64,000 nucleotides of DNA, from the NCBI GenBank assembly GCA_013239625.1, contig MU053810.1:1249320-1313319 (forward strand), written 5' to 3'. The notes beneath the pieces were generated by a model, which was given only the letters and a program-made list of their open reading frames with translations, did not search any database and was not told the origin of the DNA. The translations under genes were made by a program, and so were the position numbers. Each line of letters opens with the position of its first letter. The stretch's first letter is position 1. This DNA is from Lama guanicoe. Taxonomy: Eukaryota. Positions 1-13,598 of the stretch are shown here, one piece after another.

Positions 1-1269
1 ATCCCTTCCATGCACTTCTCCAGTCATGTACTTTTCATGCAGAAATCATCACCCTACTTCTATGAGAACTGTCTTCTTGAACTGATTTTTAGTTTTGGCT
101 AAACTGTATTCCTAAATAATATTATTTAATTTTTTTCAGGTTTTGTACTTTATATAAATAGTCATACTGTAAAATTATATGTATTTTTGGTGACTTGCTT
201 CTTTTTTAGCTAAAATTTTTGGAGCTTCTTCATTGTGTATGAAACTGTGATTCATTAATGTCATCAATTATGTATTCATAAATGAATATTCCTAGAATAA
301 GAGTTTAATTCTATTTCTAAATGTTTGTTTTTATTGAAGTTATTGCTAAGAAACCTTATTCACATAAGGCTGTGATGTTTGTTAAGATTTAATTTTGTTA
401 TAGCATTGTCCTTTAAGTGCTTGAACTGGCTTACATGCCAAAAATATAAGTCAAAAACCACAGTATTTTTAATCAAAAAAGATTTTCTGATCTAATCTGG
501 AAACTAAGTCACTTTAAATTTTTGGAAGCAACAAGTTAGAAACCACCTGATTTACAAAAGCATTTATTACATGATAGTAGAATCATTTATTCTCTGATTT
601 TCTGGGAATAATTCCCAAAAAAGACTTACCTACCAAGACTTACAAAGACAGTATTAATAGTCTTTTCTGCTTTTCCATTTTATGACTCCTTTTTTAGAGC
701 AATATACTCATAAAAATGTGGGAAATTTGAAACAAATAATTTTAATATATAAAAACTTATTTATATTCAATATTATTTGTTAAAGTATTTTAAAATAATT
801 AAGAGTTTCTTTGTTGTCACTAAACTCTTTGTAAACAAAGTGCATCAAAATATTTACCTTTGGTCCATAGAAAACTTATTAAATTCTGAAGATTTGAATG
901 AAATATTATATAAAAAATACAGTACAAATTAAATTTTTATACATCACCCATATAAGAGAGGGTTCAATGGAAAGGGTCAAAGATAATACAATACAGTGAT
1001 TAGGTTTATTTGTATTCATTTTATGCAGAAAAAACATAACTTGATCATTCAGTTTGACCCTGAAATTTGCACGTAAATTGAAAATTATGTAACAGTGTCC
1101 TTCAGTGACCTTACTACATAAATAACAGACAAGACGAACTAATTAAAAAGCCTGAATCGTTTTGTTCAGCATTTCAAAATCTCTTGTTCTTCACTAAAAC
1201 CCAGTAATAGTGTCAACATCAGAGAAGTTCTAAAATCTTACATTTTTCTTAAATTGTTAAATATCCTTA

Positions 1270-1780
1270 AGTCCACACTGATATAAAATATTGCTAAATA
1301 AATACATAAATGGGAGAGAAAAAACAGATCTTCTGTAGGTAAGAACACCAAATAGTTTATGGAGATGCTCTGCCCCCAAGGTGGGAAACCTAGGTCTCTG
1401 TTCCACACATGTGGTCTGCACATAGTGACTTCCTTCCAAAGAACGTAGTATGGAAAAGGATAGGAAAAAAAAAGTAACTTTAAAATGGAGAAACAAGACA
1501 AGAATGACATTGGCTGGGTGAATAAGGTCAGCGTGAGCAGTGACAAGTCATGTCATAGTATGTGCCCTGGTCGTGATGTGATGAAAGTAACACTTTACTT
1601 CTTCCCCTGCACTCATAATCCTAGCTAACCATAAGGGTGGAAGATCAAATTCCAGTAGATATCCTGCAAAACACTTGACCAGTGCTGTCCAAATTACAAA
1701 AGTTATCAAAAACAAGGAAAATTTGAGGAACTGTCACCGGCAAGAGAGGTCTAAGGAGCGATGACAAGACCAACCGAGTA
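1270..1780 (+). mobile_element. Ancient L1 3'-end fragment (L1MC/L1MD-like)
   Basis: aaagttatcaaaaacaaggaaaatttgaggaactgtcaccggcaagagaggtctaaggagcgatgac resembles recalled L1MC/MD 3' UTR consensus. Confidence 0.6.
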
Positions 1781-2390
1781 CTGTGGTCTTCAACGGCGGG
1801 GAGGACAGTGTCTTCATCTTTTCTATCCTTCCTGTGGTCATGTTCTGTGAGAAAAGTACAAGGAGCTTAAAAACGTGCGTTCCTGTGAAATCCATTGTCT
1901 GAAATCTCAAAGCATACTGAATACCATCACCTGAAGGAGATGATAAAACAAGTGTGTGCCCACAAATACGGTCCATGGAATGAGTGCATGGAGCTCTGCG
2001 GAGTGAATCCTGTGTACAGAAGTATTTTAATCCAAATACAAATTGATATAGTCAAAGATTTTGTTACTGTAAATTCTGTCTCAAAGAAGGATCTTGCCAG
2101 TTTTCAGCTGGTGTCACTTTAAGCGTGGCGATGGTTTGTTCAGATTCATAGTAGATCAGATCTGTGTATTTCTCGAGCTTTTATTTACACACTTGTTTCT
2201 AATGGCTCCATTCTTTGGCAGGCCTTTTCTGTTTTCTGGGACTTTTCAGTTTATCCTGTTTCAGTTTAGGTCTTTAGGTCTGTGTCAGCCTTTGTTTTTA
2301 AAACTGAAAACAGCTCCAGGTGGACTGAGAGGGGGAGACGTCCAGAAGTCTACCTTGGGCTACTATTAAAATCTCCAATTCATCTCATAG

Positions 2391-2678
<288 letters not shown>

Positions 2679-3250
2679 TGACTAAGAGGAAATGATTCTT
2701 TTCATGCACTACCGTAGATTTGAAATAGCCAAAATATTTTTTCATCTTCTCTATTCAGAGATTTAAATGGCAGCCCTTTCAGCCCCCATGCTAAGAACTG
2801 TAACTAATCTATAGCAAATCATGTTCCAGAAGTCTCCCATAGTGTCATTGTGTAGAACTGTAGGCAGAGTCAGGATTAAAATTGTTGGAAACTGAACTAG
2901 CAGTCTACATATTTCTTTGTTGGTTTCATTACTGTTTCCAGTGCCTTTTCCAAAAAAAAAAAAAAGTGATTTCATAGATGAGGCCAAAAAATGAGCACTT
3001 TGAATAAATATTAAATAAATACTAGTTTAATGATTAATTTTATCAATCACATTGCATGACTAGATGAGCCACATTGGTTTTTTTTAATTCAAACTTAATT
3101 CAAACTTGAATTCAAATGATATTTGAAGTCATGTCCAAAACCAGGTACGTAATTTTAAAATATGAACACTTATTTAAATTCAAAGAATGACTTTTTCATG
3201 TATCTTGTTGATGAGCATTCACATGGAATCTTGTTATCATATGAGCTACC

Positions 3251-3785
3251 TGTGGCAGTTAGCGTTTGCTGCATAATTAACTACCCAAAAAGTTAGTGGC
3301 CTAAGCAAGTTTCATTTTGGTTGCACTTTTGTGGGTCAGTAACTCAGGAGGGAGTCAGCGAGACTCTTTGTCTCTGATCCGCATGGCTCTAACTGGTACA
3401 GCTGGAACTGGGGGATCACTTCCAGGATGGCTTCATCCCCTCCACGTTTGGCAGATGTGTCCTCTTTGGTTTCTCTGGCTCAACACGGAGGCAGCCTCCA
3501 GGGCAGTCCATGGGGCTTTAGGTACCGTGGCTGTCACAGGTCAATCAGCGTCTTCCATGGGATTGACTTTTACCCTGTGAATGCTCTGAGGGCAAGCATT
3601 CCAAGAGCCTCAGGAAAAAAATAGCAAAAGTAGTTATGGCTTAGCCTCAGAAGTTCCAGAACGTCACTCCTGGCTCTTCCTAATGGTCTTGCAGATAACA
3701 AAGCCTCGCCTAGATTCAGAGACAGAAAGGGAATGTTCTCAACCTCTCGGTGGCAAAATATCACACAGGCAAAGTACCACACACG
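3251..3785. mobile_element. MaLR LTR (MLT1-type)
   Basis: gttagcgtttgctgcataattaactacccaaaaagttagtggc...ggggatcacttccaggatggcttca is typical of older MLT1 LTRs. Confidence 0.65.
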
Positions 3786-3876
3786 TCATGTTTAAATGTT
3801 TATTTCTAGCTCAAGATTATTTTTATCCCTGCAGATGTTACAGTGACAGTTAGTTTCTTCTTTTTTGAATTCACTA

Positions 3877-4208
3877 TTTTTTAATTGTGGTAAAAATATA
3901 GAGAACATGAAATTTATCCTTTGAACGTTTTTAACGGACCGGTTCAGTGGCATTAAGTACATTCGCATTGTTGTGCTGACAGCGTCACCACCCATATCCA
4001 GGACTTTTTCCATCTTGAAAAATTGAAACTTTGCACTGATTAAACAGTAACCCTCCATTCTCCCCACTCCCAGCCACGACAGCCACATTCTACTTTCTGT
4101 TTCCACGCGTTTGACGACTCTAGGTCCGTCATACAAGTGGAATCACAGTATATTTGTCTTTTTGTAACTGACTTGTTTTGCTTAGCATATTATCCTCAAC
4201 ATTCATCT
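3877..4208 (-). mobile_element. L1MB-like 3' end
   Basis: ttttaattgtggtaaaaata...cagtggcattaagtacattcgcattgttgtg...aagtggaatcacagtatatttgtc is an antisense L1MB 3' terminus. Confidence 0.8.
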
Positions 4209-5594
4209 CATATTTTAATTTTAAATCAAGCATCAAAGAAAGTGAAAATGATTGGCACTTTTAAAATTGTACTACAAATACAACAGTATTATAATCTTAA
4301 TTTGATCAAATATTATTTATTTCCTTTGTAATATGTATATTCTCAAATGAAATTTATCAAACCTTGAATAATACTTCCTAGTGTTATTTCTAGCATCTTT
4401 TAAGTGCATCAAAAATAAATATTTTTTGATATTAACTGTAAGGAATTTATTTCAAAGGCGTTCTAAAACAATGCTCTGAAGCATTTCGAGATCACCGTTT
4501 TTTTCTACAAGACATAACAAGAAGAGCATTTAATAATCACCAGGAAAACTAAAAACTTGGACAAATTTATGAAGATTCTAAAGGAAAAATAACTTGAATA
4601 AGATGGCATTGCTGTACATAACGCAGTGGGGGGAAAGACAGCTGTCACATTCACGTAGAAAAGTTATTACTGACAGTAAATTATTTTCCTTTCATGTAAA
4701 AATATACATATATTGAAAACATTTGTATAAAAATTATACTCTTCCATTTATTCCCTTTCTAGTCTGGGCTAGGGGCAACTTTCTGAACACTGAATGTATA
4801 CAAATGAACAAGATATTGTGTTAGGCTCCAAAAATTCACTTTCTACTGTGAGAAAAAACACTAGAGGGAAAATGTATTAGAATATCATGTTCTTTGCTTT
4901 TTAAAAAAAATGGTTAGTAGATGAAAAGATCCCTAGTTAATTTTTAAGTGTAAGAAGTGCTATCAGGGATGAAGTTATCACAGTCATTTGGGGAACCTAA
5001 GAAGGATAATGGGTGTGTGAGTGTACATCTGCATATGAAATGTAAGAATAGGTAAAACTGGTTAAAAGCATTAGAAAGAGTTATAGGTGTTTTGGTTTTT
5101 TAACTGCTGCCCATTTTTACCTTCACTCCTTTTCCTTCTCAGGGTGCTTTGTGCGATTTTTATTTTTCATACAGTTACTTGAGATATTGATGTAAAACAC
5201 ACAGACAGTGTCGGTTTTCAGAAACTGAAGTCAGCTGCGTACTCATGTCTGTTAGTGTTACCCACGACTTTGATGGACAACTGCAGGAAGTATTTGAATT
5301 TATTAAAATAAAAGCAGTATGTTGACAAATGAAATAGTTGCTTTTCTTAAAGCCTCTTGGTAGACTGTGTTTGTATGCAGAAGGAACACTTCACAGCACA
5401 CAGATATATTGATGCTTCCATTTGACTTCATCAATATTTTATATTGATGGTCTTCTGGATATATTGGAAGCATCTGGGCTGGATTCCTGCAGGGAGAGGA
5501 ATCTATTGTAGATACTGGAATAAATTATAGTATTTGCAAAGTGACCTTTGGAGAAATATATGGAAAGAATTGACCTTTGGGGTTGTTAAATTGA

Positions 5595-5740
5595 AGTCTT
5601 CATTTTAACTTTGACCATCACTTGTTGGGCAATTATGTAAATTCTCATCTACATAGTAGATATAATAACGTGTAGAGTGCTTTGAGAATTAAATGAAATA
5701 ATGTAAAAAACACATTTGTTCAGTCTTCTAGGATTGCTGT
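5595..5740 (+). mobile_element. MIR fragment
   Basis: ttctcatctacatagtagatataataac...tgagaattaaatgaaataatgtaaaaaacac resembles the MIR core/3' part. Confidence 0.5.
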
Positions 5741-6423
5741 TAGCTTCTTCCATTTCACTAGTTTTATATTCTGAAATTTGTCGGTCATTGTGAATGCCCT
5801 ACTTCCATGTCCTTTATACTCAGCAGACAATAAATGCAGCTATTCCTCGTGACTAAATTTTTACTGTAGGTTATGAGCAAAGATAAAATTTTTTCCTTTT
5901 GCATCTTACCTCTTGATGCAAAAATGTATGGTTTACAACAAATGAGATCAATTCTTTTTAAAAGAAACAATTAAATTAGAATATATGCCGTTTTATTCAT
6001 GAAAGGAAATTGTTGCCTTAAACATGTATTAAGGGTGCCTTGTGTTCTAGGCTACGGATGCACAGAACAGGATGGGTACTTTCTCTCCTGCCTCTCACAG
6101 TGATGAACATCGTTAGTCATGTCACGCTTTCCCACTTTACCCAGATTCGGAATCTTCTCAATGCAGCCTTCCAAGAAGTCATTTCACAAGGAAGAGAAAC
6201 TAATAGTCCAGGGTGTTATGCATTATGGTATGGCAAAATAAGGTCGATGTGTGGATACGAGGATTAAAAATAAAGAATTATGGAGTCGTCTCTTTAGTAT
6301 CAGAGAGTTGATTAATACTTACACTCACCATACAAACATATGGCTGAAAATTGTACCAATGGAAAGTGCCAGTAGACATTTTGAAACTATTGGTACATAC
6401 TAATCATCAAGAAATATTACAGA

Positions 6424-6567
6424 GGGGAGGGTATAGCTCAGTGGTAGAGTGTGTGCCTAGCATGCACAAGGTTCTGGGTTCAAGCCCGAGTACTTCCATT
6501 AAAGATAAATAAATAAATAAAAACCTGATCACCTCCCCCCCAAAAATTTTTTTAAAAATTAAACAAT
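6424..6567 (+). mobile_element. tRNA-Ala(AGC)-derived SINE, camelid (vic-1-like)
   Basis: ggagggtatagctcagtggtagag...cctagcatgcacaaggttctgggttcaagccc...cttcca follows tRNA-Ala, with A box tagctcagtgg and B box ggttcaagcc. Followed by a (taaa)n/C-run/A-rich tail. TSD aaatattac at 6412-6420 and 6568-6576. Confidence 0.85.
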
Positions 6568-6934
6568 AAATATTACGAAATCTTCAATATAATCTACCAT
6601 TCAATAATTATGTGTGGAATCACTTAGGACTAAATGAGTTCAATAATAATTCTTTATCACATGGAAATGTTTATAGTAATTCAATGGTAAACAACAATTA
6701 AGTTGGCAATGCAAAATAAAGAAGTAACAGATTACCAGACAAAGAATAACAACTATGATTACTGTTGTAAAACAACACACGCACCCTGAGAACTGACATG
6801 ATCTGGAAAGAGAAAGATGGGACCAATGTTGGACGTTCAAGGAAGAGTATGTTTCCTAAGTGGAATGAAGAGGGGATGCTATGTTAATTAAGATACTTGG
6901 GGCAGAATTTCCAGCCTTGAAGTAAACAGCCTAC

Positions 6935-7405
6935 CAGTCCTTGTGAGCTGCCTGTCCATTTCTTTTTGTTTCTTAAAAACAGAACTCCAATTTTATTGGC
7001 GGCGGCATGATGACCAGCTACAAATACCATCTTCTCCAAACTTCTTTATAATCACCAGAGGCCAGTGAGAAATATGTGAAATTTTTCAGAACGAAAAAGC
7101 ACCAGAATAGAAAAAAAGATTTTTTTTTCTTCTTTCCTCTTCCCATTTATTTCAATGCCTTGAATATGTGTGATTCTGGGAAGTAGAGCAGTCATCTTGC
7201 AACTGTGCATGAGTGTGAGGATGACGAAATGACAGAAAAGAAAGTTGGAAAATACGTGCTTCATGACTGCACATTTGAACCCCAGTGCCAACCTTAAATG
7301 GGTGCCTTCCTGACTTAGTGTTAATTGAGGTAAATGAATTCCTGTCTATTTAAGCCACTGTATTATTTGAGTTTTCAGCTACTTGAAATTCATCAAAAGC
7401 ATAGA
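6935..7405. mobile_element. MaLR LTR (MLT1J/K-like)
   Basis: gcagtcatcttgcaactgtg...gtctatttaagccactgtattatttgagttttcagctacttg resembles the end of old MLT1 LTRs. Confidence 0.55.
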
Positions 7406-7760
7406 ACTACGTGCCTTTTTCATTCCTTATGTTCTGCTGTTTCTGGATAACTGACTTTCTTATAAAGTCAACTTGCCATATAATCTCTTCAGTCCCAAGC
7501 ATCACATCTTTGTGGTGATATCCTGAGAAAGGAAAAATAGATTTTCTTCCTTCTGATTTATTTTTAAGATTAAGGAAATCTTTTCCTAGGTGCTTTTCCC
7601 CTAGTAAATCTCATTGTCTAGAATTGCATCCCAAAATGATCTTAAACCAGTCAAGACAAGGGAAGTTTGAACATCGCATCATGATTTCATGCTTAGATAA
7701 ACCAGGAGCCACTCTTGAGCTATGGTGGGAGCTTGTTTGAGCCTTCAGACAGATATCTGA
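7405..7760. mobile_element. Second MLT1K/L-like LTR fragment, apparently opposite in orientation to the previous one
   Basis: ccaagcatcacatct...ctcattgtctagaattg...aaaccagtcaagacaaggga...catgatt...gcttaga motif series. Confidence 0.45.
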
Positions 7761-8039
7761 GAGAAAGAAGGAAAATTCCTGAATAAAATTGCAGTTCTGT
7801 CCTGAACAAGAGAGGGAAGGAATGACTGACAAATGAGCATCCCATTGCCAGAAAAAATATGCAAAAGAGAGAAAGGTAGTTCAACACCAAATTTGAAAAA
7901 AAGCCAGTTTTTATTCAAGAGATAATTTTCTGAAAAATTTGGTTGAGGTGGAGGCAATTTTTGAGACAAGACAGATTTCAGTCTTAAAAACACTTTGTGT
8001 CAAAAGAAAGGTATTCATGGCTAGAGGTTTTGGAGAGTA

Positions 8040-8580
8040 TTTTCAAACAATGTGAACATCTGAATATTTTGAGCAAGAGAAATAACACAAGAGCAGTCTT
8101 AAAGAAGATTCATGTGATTTGAGTTTATACGGCTACACTAAAGTAAAGAAAGGGGCTCTTAACATAAACCGGGGGCTTCAACCAGTGGACCTGGAAGAGG
8201 CTACGGAACTGCAAAGAAGGGAACGAGTGAAGTTCCCAGAGGGAGAATTTACAAGTCTTGGTGATAGATTAGATGTAGAGATAAAGAATGTAGGGTCAAC
8301 GATAGCTTCAAAGATTGAATGTTTAAAGAGAGAGAGAGGATTCATGCTGTGAAATTTATCAGTACTCTCAGAGAGAAGGACCCATTTGGAGAGATGAGTG
8401 ATGAGTTCATTTTAGGCTTGTTGGTTTTGAGGTGACAATTGCATATTCCAAGTGGAATGTTCAGCAGACATTTGTAGATCAATACCTGCATTGCATTGCG
8501 GCTGTGGATTTATTGGTCATCTGCATGAAAGTGTGAAAGGCCATGGAAAACAATGAGTGAAGATATATAGAGTGAGAAAT
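8040..8580 (-). mobile_element. L2 fragment
   Basis: cttggtgatagattagatgt...gatgagttcattttaggcttgttggttttgaggtg...ccaagtggaatgttcagcagaca is antisense L2 ORF2-like. Confidence 0.65.
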
Positions 8581-10331
8581 TAAAGCATATGTTTAACTTA
8601 CATATACAATTATTTTTAACAAGAGGGGCACCCTAGCTAAATCTGCAAGATGCACGAAATCGATTAGTAGAATGTGAGATTGGCAGATGGGGATACGTTG
8701 TATGACTTTGTAATAAATGAAGCTGTGCAGTGCTAATAACAGCGTTTGATAACTCGTTGAGATCATAAGCCAGGATTAGCCTTGGAAAAAGAGAAAAGGA
8801 GGAGTGACGTAATGTGAGTTAGAGAGACTGATACATGGGAGAATGTACCCTGATTGTACAGGTATCTTCAGAGTCAAGGATAAAGTCATCCAGTAAATAA
8901 GGTGGAAGCGGAGGGACAAGGCTGGTCGCAGTGAACGGAAAAGATGTAGAATAATTGTTGTAGGGCGTACGTGTCAGGGAGTCAGTTACACAGAAATGCA
9001 ATAGCACCTGTACGGGACATCATTCTAAAGGACACACAATGGCTGTCGTGTATGTAGCACTGGAAGATTCTGCATGTTTGCAGTTGTGTTAACTAAACAC
9101 CTGGAGAACCGGATTCCTTATTTTTATCCGTATTGTCTAAGCATGATATAAACCTATTTATATCACATAAAACCAGCATGATAAACATAAAAAGAAATAC
9201 AGCCCATAAATAAGCATATAAAAACTCACTGGGTCACAGTCACGTAGAATGAAGGAAAGAAATGCACATAATTAACACTGATTCTGGTTTTTAGGGACCA
9301 GATGCAATCATGCCAGAAAAGCAAAAGGCTGATATTTTATGAAGATACACTCTTAGGCATCCAGAAAATCTCCTGTAAACATATTCAAGCTTTGTTTGCC
9401 AAATGTTTGGCATCCATTTTAACGGCAAGTTTTTCCTCTGACGAAGTTTCTATAAATGCTAATAATAGTTTTATGTCAAGAAAAAGTTACGAACGAGAAA
9501 CCATCTGGAGAAGAAATGTTAAAAATAATACAAGCCTCATTTTTCTAAAAAGAAAAAAGAAATTGTCAATGACAATCTCAGTTGATTCATGCTGATTAAA
9601 CCATCCAATCGTTCATTCTGTCTGTATAACAGTTTTCACAGTGGATGCTCAAAAATAATAACGGCTGTGCCAAAAAAAAAAAAACCAAGAAAAATGAAAG
9701 CAGACATCGTGTTATGATGGGCACATTTCACCGTTGACTAGATAGCAGACATTCAGTTATTATCTAGTAATTTTTCTCATTGCGAACAGCTTAATTTTTT
9801 AATGACCTATCAATCAACACTTTTCGAAGAGATCTTCTTTCATTATTTAGTGACTGGCTCTGAAGTGTTGTCTGTGTGTGGTGGATATGGTGTGCTCAGA
9901 GGGTTTGTGCCCTGTGCAGCTTACAACCTCTCCCAAAGGTGCCTTTTCTTTGGTTAATGACTTTTCCTCTCTAATGGTCCATGTTGTTCAGACACTAGAG
10001 TGAATAGAGGGGCTGAATTAAACATCCAGGCAACTGAAGACACTGATTTATTTGACCTGAATTTTCTGTGTGATCATAATGTTATGTACATTGTTCACGT
10101 GTAGGCACAGTTTTACCTGTCATCTGAAATGTTATTAGTCACTGCATATGAGTCCTTACTAGCTAAAAGGCAGTATTCATGTACTGCTTCTAGACCCTGT
10201 GGTTAAAAAAAAAAAAAAACCCTACAATGTACAACTGATCTTTCCAGTGAGTACAAATACCCTGGTTCTATAAATTTTTAAGTAAATAGAATATGCAAAT
10301 ACCAATTTAAATCATCACAAATGTAATGTAA

Positions 10332-10697
<366 letters not shown>

Positions 10698-10817
10698 TAA
10701 ACCCTGGATTCTTCAGTAGACCTAGAACTGATATTGTAAGGAAATCCAGGACTCAGATTTTAAGGGACTCACAGATTTTATTTGCTCTACACAAAGGTGA
10801 CCTTAAAGTCCCCAGTG

Positions 10818-10861
10818 ATTGACACAAGATTGTAAATTGACTATAACTCAAAAAAAAAAAA
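10818..10861 (+). mobile_element. Ultra-short 5'-truncated L1 insertion (~32 nt + poly(A))
   Basis: Perfect 13-bp TSD aaagtccccagtg (10805-10817, 10862-10874). Body attgacacaagattgtaaattgactataactc matches L1 termini at ~12355-12385, ~14695-14728 and ~18152-18185. Confidence 0.85.
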
Positions 10862-11299
10862 AAAGTCCCCAGTGGGAGCAGGAACAGGTAGAGGGTGTTC
10901 AGATTAATGCGTGCTGTAGGCAAAAGTTGGCGGGCTGCCACAGTGGGCAGTAGCTGGCCACCAGTTTCCTTCCAGACCCGCTGAAGTGCAGGGACAGAGA
11001 TTCAAAAGGTAAGTGGTGATGGAAGGCCTGAGCATCAGCAAACTGAACATGTTTTGCTTCCTGCCAGTGATTTGAGATTAATATAATCTTAAATGGTTTT
11101 ACAGTTAATAGAGTCAGAGTAGAAGTAAGCTCGTATTCTTGTTTATTTTTACCCTGAAGTCCTGTGTGATAAATGCAGCGCTTTTTTTTCCCTTAGGAAT
11201 CTAACTTTGTTACGGATAAAAAAATAACTTTTTTAGTGGTGACTTTTCTGAGGGATAAAATCTAGCTTTCCTTAGGATTAAAAAATAATCTTAAATATC

Positions 11300-11642
11300 T
11301 GTGATGCTTAATTTTTGTGTCAACTTGGAGGGTGTTTTTTGGATGAAGTTAACATTCAAGTTGGTGAACTTGGAGCAGGTTATCCTCCCTAATGTGGGTG
11401 GGCCTCACCCAATCAGTTGAAGACCTAAATACAACAAAAAAGACCAGCTTCCCTGAGGGAGAAATAACTCACTAACAGACTGCCTTTGGACTTCATCTGC
11501 CCTGTTGACTTTCATGGTGGCCCACATTACACATTTGGGGCTTGTTAGCCTCTGCAATCACATGAGCCAGTTCCTATAATAGAAGTCTTTCAATATCTGT
11601 ACACATACTATTAATTCTGTTTCTCTGGAGAACCCTAATATA
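11300..11642 (+). mobile_element. ERVL LTR (MLT2-type), solo
   Basis: Starts tgtgatgcttaatttttgtgtcaacttg, contains aatgtgggtgggcctcacccaatcagttgaag, ends ttctgtttctctggagaaccctaata. Confidence 0.85.
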
Positions 11643-12218
11643 ATAGTCCTCAAAACATTGGAAGCATAGGCACCATGAAAAAGAACGAGATTACGTGGAA
11701 TTCAAATAACTTTTCATAGAAAAACTATACAAGATTGACTCAGTCATTTTCTGTCTGATGAAAAGAGGGTAATCATTTTATTATTTATATGTTCCAGGCG
11801 GGTTGAAAGTATCATCATGTTCAGCTACAGCGTGGAGGTTTAGTCTTGTTTTTAAAGCTGTTTCATAATTGAGTGTCAAATTTTATATTCCCATTTCCTT
11901 TGACCTCTCTATCCTCTGCCTTTCATCAAGTTTTTTTTCCTTAAAAAAATGAGATTAGTATACACCAGGTTATAGGTTAATGGAACAGGATAGAGTAATT
12001 AGGAAGATGTAGGGTATGACAAAGGGAAACTCAGTGGGAAGAAGATGTGTTAATAAATATGGTGCTGGCATGGCTCTTTATTCGCCAGGAAGGAAGTGAA
12101 ATTAAATACCGGTTTTTCTTCTGTATATTTCATATGCAAACATATATTCCAGATGGATTAAAGACATAAATGTAACAAATAAAAATAATAAAACTCTTGG
12201 AATTTAAAGGCAGTATCT

Positions 12219-12394
12219 TACTATATATAAAGTAGATAAACAACAAGGTCTTACTGTATAGCACAGGGAAATATCTATAATAGCCTATAATAAAAAAGAA
12301 GATATTTGTATGTGTGTGACTGAATCACTATGCTGTATACCACATACACCAGTTTAACACATTGTAAACTGGCTATATTTCAATTAAAAATAAA
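12219..12394 (+). mobile_element. Lineage-specific L1 3' end (176 bp) with perfect 14-bp TSD
   Basis: TSD taaaggcagtatct at 12205-12218 and 12395-12408. Body aacaacaaggtcttactgtatagcacaggga...cattgtaaactggctatatttcaattaaaaa. Confidence 0.88.
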
Positions 12395-12924
12395 TAAAGG
12401 CAGTATCTAACTTCCAAAAGCCCAAAAGCTACCAAAAAAAAAAAAGACATACATATTTAATGATGTAGAATTATAGCTGGGGTCCAATAATTTCATAAAC
12501 AAAATCAGCAGGCAAATAGTAGGTTAGAAATTTTTTTCTTTGCATATTACAAGTAGGAGATGTATACAGATAACTGTTACAGACTTATTAGAAATGGCAG
12601 TTTTAACCAGCAGGAAAGATTTGCATAACCAACTCACAGATGATCAAATTCAAATAATCAACCAATATCTTAAATGATGGTCAAGTTCACAACTCATCAG
12701 GAAAATACAAATTAGAATAATAAGATGGGGAGGGATTTTTGATGACAGAGATGGAGTGAAGGGACAGGAGAAAGATACTTATTGATGGTAATGGGAAATG
12801 TTCCATTTTGGAAAGCATTACAGCCATATAGAAATACCCAAGACATAAGCTCATATGTGTAAGGATATTTACTTCAGCATGGTTTGTAGTTGAAAAAAAT
12901 GGGAAATAAGATGCATGTCCATCA

Positions 12925-13598
12925 TTCATACAATCATTTATTCAATCCTTTGTTTATTCATTTATTAAATGCCAGGCACCGTTCTAGGTCCTGAGGACAC
13001 GTTAGTGAACAAAACAGAAAAATCACTGCCACACTGGAGTTCGCATGCTAGAAGGAGGAAAAAGACAGTAGATGAACATAATAAGTAAATGAGTTATGTG
13101 GCCTGTTAGAGGTTGCGGGGAAAGGAAGAATAGAGGGAGGAGGATCGGGAAGGCCAATGGATGGGTGTGTGTCTTGGAGTTGGTGGGGGAGGAATGCAAT
13201 TTAAGTAAGCTGGTCAAAATAGTCTGCATTGCGAAAATGCCATTCCAAAAATACCTTGAAGGAGGCGAGAGAATGATACAGGCAAACAACTGAAGAAAGA
13301 ATACCCCGGAGTGGGCGACAGCCAGTGTCAGATGCCCTGAGATCAAGGTGTACCTGGTGGGAGTCTCAGCCTGGGCACTGGTGAGGTTTTGTGTCATCTC
13401 ATGGGTTGTCGTGGGGCTGCCCTGTGCATTGTGTGATGTCTGGCGGTCTCCGTGGCCTCTACCATGTAATGCCAGCAGCACTCCTCCCCCTGCTGTGGAC
13501 AACTCAAAATGTCTTTAGAAATTGCCAACTATCCTCAAGGGGCCAAAACTGTGCCCCATTGAGAACCAAGAGGAACAGGCTGGAGGCCAGTGTAACTG
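12925..13598 (-). mobile_element. L2a-like 3' end, interrupted by MER20
   Basis: (cattc/att)n start, then tttattaaatgccaggcaccgttctaggtcctgaggacacgttagtgaacaaaacaga. Confidence 0.75.
13358..13570. mobile_element. MER20 (hAT-Charlie)
   Basis: gtggggctgccctgtgcattgtgtgatgt...tggcctctacc...atgccagcagcac...acaactcaaaatgtctttagaaattgcca...ttgagaacca matches recalled MER20. Confidence 0.85.

Noticed and set aside
1..330. Possible antisense old L1 3' fragment at the window start
   Set aside because: The resemblance is too decayed to support a call without alignment.
6424..6498. Possible functional tRNA-Ala gene
   Set aside because: It has stem-disrupting substitutions, a SINE-type tail and a TSD, so it is a retroposed SINE.
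13023..13502. 159-aa minus-strand ORF
   Set aside because: It lies entirely within L2 and MER20 sequence and has no coherent protein motif.
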